Program-made: the position numbers and the translations under genes
Part shown: piece after piece, positions 54,182 to 64,000 of the stretch
Layout of the letters: each line of letters starts with the position of its first letter
How positions within the stretch are numbered: the first letter of the stretch is position 1
From: Eledone cirrhosa
Taxonomy: Eukaryota
Direction of reading: 5' to 3'
Assembly (NCBI GenBank): GCA_964016885.1
Contig: OZ024741.1
Location: 73,594,001 to 73,658,000, forward strand
DNA length: 64,000 bases
The notes under the pieces: generated by a model
Told to the model about the DNA's origin: nothing
The model's database searches: none
What the model saw: the letters and a program-made list of their open reading frames with translations, nothing else

Positions 54182-54185
<4 letters not shown>
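53792..54185. repeat. Inverted-repeat element in (TA)n (~145-bp arms 53792-53936 / 53959-54105)
   Basis: Arms are similar except for one divergent patch. The right copy extends ~80 bp and contains tactc...gagtgctt. Confidence 0.88.
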
Positions 54186-54231
<46 letters not shown>

Positions 54232-54234
<3 letters not shown>

Positions 54235-54518
54235 GGCGGGTAAAATTCCCGACATCCATGGACGTGTTCTCTCCAGCGGTCTCTGTCCCTCATCATCGCT
54301 GCCATGTCCTGCGGCTCCAACAGACCAGTGTCTGTCCTTAGGGCATCAACATACGTTAACCTTGGTCTTCCTCTTCCAGTGTGTCCATGTAGGGGCTCCC
54401 ACAGGAGCACTGAGTGCAATGTCAACTCTGGATGTCAGTGATCATGTCCAGCTAACCTCAGTTTTTCATCCTCAGTGTATACTGATTAATGTTCAGAGCC
54501 ATCCTCAGCATTCTCGTG

Positions 54519-54520
<2 letters not shown>
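54232..54520 (-). mobile_element. RTE-clade LINE 3' fragment
   Basis: YTRMLRMALNI...LRLAGH...LLWEPLHG..GRGRPRLTYVD..MRDRDRWR. Confidence 0.8.
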
Positions 54521-54570
<50 letters not shown>

Positions 54571-54575
<5 letters not shown>

Positions 54576-55365
54576 TATGAAGAGAGAAGAAACATTTAGA
54601 TATAATTAGTAATAAAATGTATCATACCTAAAATGCTCCTAGATTCCTCGACTACGTAGTTTCGTGGCATAAACAAAAACAATACATCATAAAGATATAG
54701 AGTCCCTGCGAGGTCTGCCGACTTATCAAGAGGATACCTCATTTTACTAGTCTCAAGAACGCGTCTACACGACGTGAGAAAGAATCCCAAAAGGCGGAGG
54801 GGGAGATAGTCACGCGATATAACGGTCGAGAAACAGAGCTAAGCCTCTTATAACCCCGAAGAAAATACCACAGAGGCGGAGGGGGTATTTATGTCGAAGC
54901 CGTAGAAGAGGTGGTGAAGGAGGCGAGAAGTATGAGTAATGGAAACTTTCCAGCAACCACCACACTTCAAAGATTACTCAACCAGAGGGAGTTATTAACA
55001 ATATATTTGACTATCTCCCCCTCCGCCTTTTGGGATTCTTTCTCACGTCGTGTAGACGCGTTCTTGAGACTAGTAAAATGAGGTATCCTCTTGATAAGTC
55101 GGCAGACCTCGCAGGGACTCTATATCTTTATGATGTATTGTTTTTGTTTATGCCACGAAACTACGTAGTCGAGGAATCTAGGAGCATTTTAGGTATGATA
55201 CATTTTATTACTAATTATATCTAAATGTTTCTTCTCTCTTCATAATGTATTTTTAACTCTGATACTGGTTCAGTCTGGTTCAACCGGACTGGTCTGTCCC
55301 AGTCATTCATTGAGCAACATCGGTGAGGTTGGCACCCTTAACTCACGGTTGGGTGTGGATGCATT
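54571..55365. repeat. Inverted-repeat element in (TA)n (242-bp arms 54571-54812 / 55008-55249)
   Basis: Essentially identical arms, each with a hammerhead. The right copy extends further. Confidence 0.9.
55086..55175 (+). ncRNA. Type I hammerhead, U3-A8 core variant (mirror copy 54645-54734 on minus)
   Basis: tcctc-TTGATAA-gtcggca...tgccac-GAAAC-tacgta-GTC-gagga. Confidence 0.75.
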
Positions 55366-55406
55366 CATGTATATGTGTGTGTCCGCATGTATCTGTGTGT
55401 TTCTAA

Positions 55407-55454
<48 letters not shown>

Positions 55455-55554
55455 CCATGTTCCATTCGGAAACCATGTTTATTCCCTTTCAGAAACTAAT
55501 TAGTTGGAGTGAAATTTTAGTAAGTTAATTTTTATAATTTTCTTATTTTACGTC

Positions 55555-55726
<172 letters not shown>

Positions 55727-56039
55727 GAATGTAAATATGTATATAAATGAATATAAATATATATACAAATATATATATATATATATATGTATATATATGT
55801 ATATATATATATGTATGTATGTTCTTATGGTATTATAATTTCACACATGTTTGCCAATAGAGAGAGAGTTGGTTTCTAACATAGACACAAGACTCTCTCA
55901 TTGGAATTTACACATCAACTACATAGGTATGTATGTATGTATGCATGCATGCATGTGTAGATATGGATGTTATTGTACGTGTGGATGTGGATTTTTTTAG
56001 TTGTATGTGTGCATGTGTATATGCTTAGTATCTGTACAT

Positions 56040-56610
56040 GTGTATATGCAGTTATTAGATGCACATTTTTTGGAATGTTTAACATATTTTTACTGTTCCA
56101 TTAATGGATTGTACTTGTAATTTCCTAACTAGTTGTGTTCTTTCTGTTCCTGTGAAGCCCAGCTTCTCAAGATTTGTATTGAGGCAGTTACTAACATATC
56201 CCAGTGCCCCAATAATCACAGGTATAAATCTGAAGGTGTAATCAGTGTGGATCATCTGCAGATTTCTCATCAGTTCTGCATAAATATTCTCCTTTTCACT
56301 AATCTTTGATATTATATTGGCATCTGCTGGGCAGCTAATTTCCACTACTGTGTGTCCTTTCTTCTCCCTGTCCCATATCATAATATCTGGTCTGTTATGC
56401 CTGCATTTTATTGGGGCTTTTACTGGAACATTCCACCAGTATTCTTTCATATTATGTATATGTATGTCTTCCACATTGCTGTAGCTTTTAATGTGTTTAT
56501 TATTGGGCTATCTTTTCTACGGATTGGATTGCATTGTACAGTGTTTTGGCCACTACATCATGCCTCATAGGTAGATAGTACCGCGATGACATCTTTGGAC
56601 AGCTGCTTAT
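56040..56610 (-). mobile_element. Third RLE non-LTR (R4-like) family, 3' fragment
   Basis: SSCPKMSSRYYLPMRHD...HNRPDIMIWD...VEISCP...KENIY...IIGALG. Confidence 0.82.
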
Positions 56611-56662
<52 letters not shown>

Positions 56663-56791
56663 CAACTAGAAATTGATTGACATATATATATATCTAAAAT
56701 AAACACATGAAACAATCACAGGGGATAATTTGTAAAGTGTGTAAGTGGATATGGCGCATGTCGCTCGGACATGGCACCCTTAATTTAATTT

Positions 56792-56875
<84 letters not shown>

Positions 56876-57303
56876 ACACGCTCGCACCGACGGGCGGACA
56901 CACATTTTCTGCGAAATATGTCAGATATCAGACGTTTTCCTTCAAAGTCGCCTACATAACAGGGTGTCTGCACCCTAGCCTGAACTTCCACCAATGCCTC
57001 TCCAGCAACGCCGAGGGCAATAAGTAGTCTGGTACTATGATGAAAAACACACAGTACGCACTGCAAAGTGATTGCCGTTAGGAGGGTATCCAACCGAAGA
57101 AACCAAGCCAAAACAAAGTGAAGGAGCAGTTTTGCCCAATGTTGGCCCAGGTCATTTTTAATTTAATAGCATTACCTGTTGAAGTCGTTCAGATTATGGG
57201 TTCAGAACCTAATCATGTTTTAGAAACCATGGCCCACTCTAGTAAAGAGGTGCTATTTTCGGAGGCATTTTGGGGATTTCTTGGACGAATTTGTTTTTTC
57301 TCT

Positions 57304-57810
<507 letters not shown>

Positions 57811-57867
57811 GACATATATACACACTCATATATATATACACACATATATATATATATGTGTGTGTGA

Positions 57868-58020
57868 AATGGCAGATATTAGAACGTCGGATAGAGTGAG
57901 TTGTGTTATTCGTTCCGGCTCTTGACTCTCTGTGTTCAAATCCTGTCAAGGTCAACTTTGCCTTTCATCCATTCGAGATCAATAAAGAAAAGTACCAGTC
58001 TAGTATTGAGGTCGATTGTT
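57868..58020 (+). mobile_element. Diverged SINE (Meta/MESC-like); a tail fragment also lies at 58395-58480 (-)
   Basis: gttcaaatcc...caactttgcctttcatccattcgagatcaataaa...gtaccag. Confidence 0.7.
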
Positions 58021-58063
58021 CCTTTATATATCTTTCTCACTTCCTCTCTCTCCCTCTCCCTCT

Positions 58064-58152
<89 letters not shown>

Positions 58153-58199
58153 ACATACATATATCTACTAATATATAATTCTCGTGCTTTTGTACGCCA

Positions 58200-58257
<58 letters not shown>

Positions 58258-58491
58258 TACATATATATATGAATATACACATTATATATGTTAATAGATG
58301 AAAAAAGGGTTAGTTGATTTGTAATCAACTGATTCTTATATATAACAGATGCCAAGCACTCAACGGTATAAATACACCCAGAGTATTATTATAATAAGGA
58401 TTTCTAGTATAGGCACAAGGCCAGCAATTTTAGCGGGAGAGGAAAGTCGATTAAATCGAGCCCAGTACGTTACTGATGCTTTAATATATGG

Positions 58492-58527
<36 letters not shown>

Positions 58528-58639
58528 GTAATAATCGAAAGATATATACTCTATATTATCTCTATTTATTTCATTATATATATTTCGAAGATGTAAGCAA
58601 AACGTCATCTTCAGACAATATATATATATATGTAAGTAC

Positions 58640-58709
<70 letters not shown>

Positions 58710-59403
58710 TTTGTACCTTTTACCCTTTCTAGCAGTCTCTCTCTCTGTTAGCCTCCTCCTCAACTTTCACTCACTCATTCTCTGTCACTACCTCTCCTCC
58801 TCCTCTTTCCTCCTCCTCCTTCAAGTTTGACCTGTGTGTAATTCTTTTCTCGCGCGGTCTTGACCAAGCTGGTATGGAATTTTTTTCTCTCTCTCTCTTT
58901 CGTCTGCGACTTCACAAAACGTATGTTTACCGAATTCGTAGACCAGACCCCTTTATCTTCTTCTTCTTCTTCTTCTTCTTCTTCTTCTTCTTCTTCTTCT
59001 TCTTCTTCTTCTTCTTCTTCTTCTTCTTCTTCTTCTTCTTCTTCTTCCCCCCCCCCCCCCTCCCCGTTAGACCTGTGCGAAATTCTTTCCTTGCTCACAT
59101 TTCAACCAGGTTTGATGGTCTTTTGTCTCTTGTTCACGATTTCACCGAGTTTATATTCATAGAGATCTGGGACTTGTCTATTTCTTCTCACTTTCCGTTG
59201 CTTAAACCTTTTTGTTTGTTACCCTGGCGTCCCCTTTGTTTACGTGTCCCAACGACTTTTTTTAGCCGTTGTTCGCACCAACCTGAGGCATATGGCCCTT
59301 AAAGCGATGAAATGCCTGGGACGGTTGGAGGGTCACTGATGAAGGACTTACTTTTTCATATGCACCACCATTTGCAACGCGCAGCCATCATTATTATCAT
59401 ATT

Positions 59404-59506
<103 letters not shown>

Positions 59507-59687
59507 ATGCGTGTGTGTGTGTGTACATATATTTCTATCGGCTTGACAAAGAAGAGATCGATGAAATAAGTATCTGACTTGAAAAAATAAGTACTGGGGT
59601 CGATATGATCGGCTAAATCAAGGTGGAGCCCCATCATGGCCGCTGTCTTATAACTGAAACTAGTTAAAAACTCGTTTTATTTTAATT

Positions 59688-59932
59688 TTATTTCATATGA
59701 ATACAATTTTTCTCTGAAACAATTTCTGTTTCATTCAATGCCTCATTAAAATTAATGTGATGAGAATTGTCTGAAAAATTAAATCTGGGAAACACTCTAA
59801 AATAAATACTAGTTTGCTCTTCTCTCCCGTTCTTATCCCCTATATTGTGTCCAGCCTCATTGCCTTGTTCTTCCACCTCAGAACATCGGGCCTCTGAAAC
59901 GTTCATTTTGCTCCTGTCTTTGCGGAATGAAC
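59688..59932 (-). CDS. Predicted third exon of the same gene
   Basis: ttgcag|GT TCA TTC CGC... is in frame with ORF 59688-59906 through to TAA. Confidence 0.5.
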
Positions 59933-60390
59933 CTGCAACAGTTTAATAAGTAATCTCGATTGCATCAATGAGCACTAGTAAATTACACAGTTTCCTAGAC
60001 CTGTACATTAAACTGGATTGTCTACTCTCATAGACGTAACGAGATCCCCGTCTATTTTTCTAGCAAATTAAAATCTGACCTGGTGCTGAACGTAAAGGAT
60101 TCTAAGACAAAATTCAAGATGATTTTTCTGTCTAATATTGAAAATACGGGTGCAGGCGTGATTTTGTGATCTAGAAATTCGCTTAGCAACTAATAAGTTT
60201 CCCGTTCAATCCAATTACACAACACTTTAGATAAGTGTCTTCTACAATAGCTTCGCATCGAGTAAAATCTTGTGGATAAAATCTGGTTGACAGAAACTAT
60301 GCGGAAGTTCATTTGAGAGAGTTGTCCAGTTCATGAATTGTACACTCAATCCGTCACGCGGTTTAACACCACCGTCTAACCTTTGGTTAC

Positions 60391-60514
60391 CTTTAAGATA
60401 ATCTATTGTGTTGTTAACACTCGAGCCTGGTTTCCGATCTGTGGATAAATTTTTCCTTTCCGCCAATTCCAAGTGCTCTGGAAACAGCCAAGGCGACTGC
60501 TCTTCTGTTTCTGT
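60391..60514 (-). CDS. Predicted next exon of the same gene
   Basis: tttag|ACA GAA ACA...CTT AAA G|gtaacc. 124 nt, in frame (phase 0 in, phase 1 out). Confidence 0.55.
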
Positions 60515-60656
60515 CTAAACCAAAATTGAAATGAAACGAAATAATTATGAACTAAATTTCAAATTAAGAGTCAGTTTATTCAGCTTACCAGTTTTTTTTC
60601 TTTTTTGTTGTTTTAAACTTGTTTCTAATTCACAATATTATATTGATGATGTTCAC

Positions 60657-62726
60657 CATAAAATGATTATCGTCTCTCTCTGTCACTGAGATTTCGTCCG
60701 ATTGATTTTCTTCATCTTTCTTAGCTCTACTTTCCACCTCTTTCTTTTGTTCCACCGTATCTTTCTCTACCTCCTTATACTCCTTCATTTCTTCATTCTC
60801 TAGTGCATTATACTTCTTCGTCATTTCTTTCTCTAGATCCTTATGCTTCTCCACTAGTTTCTTACACTTCACTTCTTCCTCTTCTAGTTCTTTATACCCC
60901 TTGCCCTTTTCCTTTTCTGAGAACTTCTCCATTTCCTTCTCTAGCTTCATATTTTCTTTCACTTCCTCCTTCTCTAGCTCATTCTCCTTCCTCTCTTGCT
61001 TCTCTAGCTCTTTATAATCCTTCTTCGTTCCCTTCTCTAGCTTCAAATTTTCTTTCACTTCTTTCTTCTCTAGCTCATGCTCCTTCCTCTCTTGCTCTTC
61101 TAGCTCCTTCTCCGTTCCCTTCTCTAGCTTCAAATTTTCTTTCACTTCTTTCTTCTCTAACTCATGCTCTTTCCTCGTTCCTTTCTCTAGCTTTAAATTT
61201 TCTTTCACTTCTTTCTTCTCTAGCTCCTTATTCCCCTTCCTCTCTTGCTTCTCTAGCTCCTTATCATCCTTCCTCGTTTCCTTCTCCAGCTTCAAATTTT
61301 CTTTCACTTCTTCCTTCTCTAACTCCTTATTCTCCTTCCTCTCTTGCTTCTCTAGCTCCTTATAATCCTTCCCCACCCCATTCTCTAGCCCATTATAATC
61401 ATTCCTCACTTCACAATATATGGCATTTGATGCCATATATTCTAGCCCCCGTTTCTCTATCTTCTTATTCTCCTTCCACTGTACCTGTTTCTTCTGTTCC
61501 ATATTCTTGTACACCAGCATGCCACCTATTGGTATTGCTGGAAGATAATCGACTTGATTTGATTTAATTTTCCCCTCCACTTCCTCAGGTTCCACAACAT
61601 GGTTTTGCTCTTTAATTTTTTTCCGTTCAAGATATTTCTTTTTAATAACTGCTTTCTGCCTCCCCTTCCTCTTCCATTTCTTCTTCACCCCACCTTCTAA
61701 ATGGGGTATTTTTTCAGTCTCCGAAATCTGAGAGACATGTTCCTTCTGGTAACATATTTTCTTCTTAATAGTATTACGTATAATTTTCGTTTCCTTACAT
61801 AAAGATTTTAAACAGCTTTTTGCAGTTACTTCCTTCAATGTACTCTTCAAACTTTTCTTTACATCCCTAGTTTCTTCTTGATTACTATTTGCCTTTGAGA
61901 ACGCTTCAATTTCCGCCCAAGTCTCTTGCTGTCTTACATATCTGGACGACGTATTGTGAAATGAGACATGCTTTACACCCGCATTACCACTCGTAAACAA
62001 TATTTTTTTTCTCTTCGACGCCTTATTGACTTCTCCGGTGGGGTTTTGAAATGCTGTAGCATTGTTTTGTGATACGTTGCCTTCATATAGATTTTTGTCC
62101 TTACTTTTCACCTCGGTCTTTTTATCAATTTTCTTCGTCACCGTCCTGTTCAAAACTTTGGTTGCACCGGATTTTAAATTGTTTCCACTTCCTATTATTG
62201 TTTTTTGCTTTCTTATTGCTTTCTTGACATCAATTTTAACCTGACTAGACACCATCGATTTTGTAGTCTGGCTATTAGTCCCTGGTTTTGATATGCCCTC
62301 GGCAGCCAGTGCAATGCTTTTATTCTTATTTCCACCTGTCATCACCGTATCTTTCTTCTTTTTCTTATTTTCCTTCTTCCCCCTACCTTCCTTCTGTGCG
62401 ACCGGTGTCAGAAGGTAGAAGACACAACAAGACTGCGTCATTAATTCATCTGTATCACTTGTCTGTTTCTTTCTTTTGGCATTTTTTCTACGAGATTTAA
62501 ATCCAGATAATGCTTTCTTCTCCGCATTTCCTCCAATAATGTTTTCACCGCGTTTCCCTTTTCTGATCAATCGGTTATAACGATCTCCACGTACTTTCGG
62601 AATATCTGATCCCCTGCCTGTTATTTTCTTCGGATGTTTGTGACTATTAATTACTCGAAATTTCATCCTACGTTGTAGCAGATCATTGCTGCTGACTTCA
62701 TCTGATATATAAGAATCATTTACCAT
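60657..62726 (-). CDS. Large exon of an uncharacterised Lys/Glu-rich, repeat-containing protein
   Basis: 690 open codons with ELEK/KLEK heptad-like repeats. Acceptor-like cttcacag just upstream of the ATG and donor ATG|gtgaac (phase 0). Confidence 0.7.
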
Positions 62727-63385
62727 TTCTGTGAAGGATTTACTTCAAGACGTCGTATGAAACCATTGCATTTTAATCACCTATTATGACGTCATTCAAC
62801 TATGAATACTCTACAATTTCTTTGCCATTTTAGTTCGTCATTTTTGCTTAAGATGACTGCGACTGTCAAGAAACGTGACACAAATCCTTCACATTTTTCT
62901 GATTTACTCGATTGTTGTTGTTGCTGTTGTTCTTGCTATTGTTCTTGTTGTGAGACTATACCGAATATTACAGGAAGATGTATACCAGTAAGAACGAAAA
63001 TCCCAACAAACATAATGTATCTTTTTGCATCTATATTATTCTGCCTGTCAGTGTCACTATGGGCCAGTTACTCTTCCTACACTATAACTATATTTATCTT
63101 TATCTTTATTGTCACTTTATATATCTTTGCTCTTTGCTGTCTACTATGAATTTTCAGTAACTATATTTTCACCCTTATTTAGTATTATATATTCCACTTT
63201 ATTTTTATTTTTATTCATATTTTTGGTTAGTATTTCATTTACATTCATGTTTCTTTTAAAGTATTCTATTTCTATGAATGACGTTATCAACGTACATGTA
63301 TTTGATTCCGCACAAAATAACAGATATTTAATATGTGTGTGTGTGTGTGTGTGTGTGTGTTAATATATATATATATATATATATA

Positions 63386-63478
63386 CAAGGTGTTCCCAAA
63401 AATCTATACATACTTTGTATGTATATATGCAATATTTATTAGAATACTGTTGAAGTGTGTATACATTTTTGGGACACC

Positions 63479-63481
<3 letters not shown>
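63386..63481. mobile_element. Tiny Tc1/mariner-type MITE in (TA)n
   Basis: TA|caaggtgttcccaaaaat...atttttgggacaccctg|TA terminal inverted repeats. Confidence 0.75.
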
Positions 63482-63561
<80 letters not shown>

Positions 63562-63639
63562 CTTATGAATATATGTATGTAGGTATGCAAGTATGTATGT
63601 ATGCATGTATGTATGCAAGTATGTGTGTATGTAAGAATT

Positions 63640-63693
<54 letters not shown>

Positions 63694-63739
63694 CGTTTCG
63701 TTTCGCTTTTTCTACCCGCCGAAATGCGATTCTCGCTGA

Positions 63740-63784
<45 letters not shown>

Positions 63785-64000
63785 AGCGAAAATATGACGG
63801 AAATAAGTGACAGAACTGCTTACGGAAATAAACAACATAACTGTTTTATACCGGACAACTGAATAAACCACTGATCTAAAACGACCTGGCAGCTTTTTTA
63901 ACGTCAAGCTTACCTTATGTGTGCGAGGCGCTACATATTCAGACATTAGTAAGAAGTGCATCCATTACCTTGGGATAAAGAACGAGAAACATCTGTTGAT

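Noticed and set aside
58775-59098. Poly-Glu ORF as a further exon
   Set aside because: It is driven by a (GAA)n microsatellite, and I found no convincing in-phase splice sites.

Overview
AT-rich, microsatellite-dense eukaryotic DNA. The repeat content suggests an octopod cephalopod, but that is inference only. The window is almost entirely transposon-derived, plus one probable host gene encoding a Lys/Glu-rich protein (3 phase-consistent exons, minus strand, 59.7-62.7 kb). Two retroelement communities stand out. (1) An (AAT)n cluster at 0-23 kb: an intact 1130-aa R4/Dong-type RLE retrotransposon and its truncated copies sit tail-to-tail with Tx1-clade LINEs that use the same microsatellite on the opposite strand. 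A tRNA-derived SINE shares the Tx1 3' tail. (2) A (TA)n community: a near-intact Naiad-type Penelope-like element (RT + GIY-YIG) with a type I hammerhead ribozyme and an inverted terminal arm, plus about ten sequence-unrelated non-coding elements with the same architecture. That architecture is two divergent copies with 3' ends outward in (TA)n, often with a hammerhead, AATAAA and a GAGTRCT hairpin. These elements include a ~430-bp tandem retrozyme, hammerheads with a compensatory U3-A8 core, and a tRNA-headed SINE duplicated as a palindrome. Helitrons, Tc1/mariner remnants, a hAT MITE and RTE fragments are also present. Most short ORFs in the track are microsatellite artefacts. All RNA folds and alignments were done by eye.
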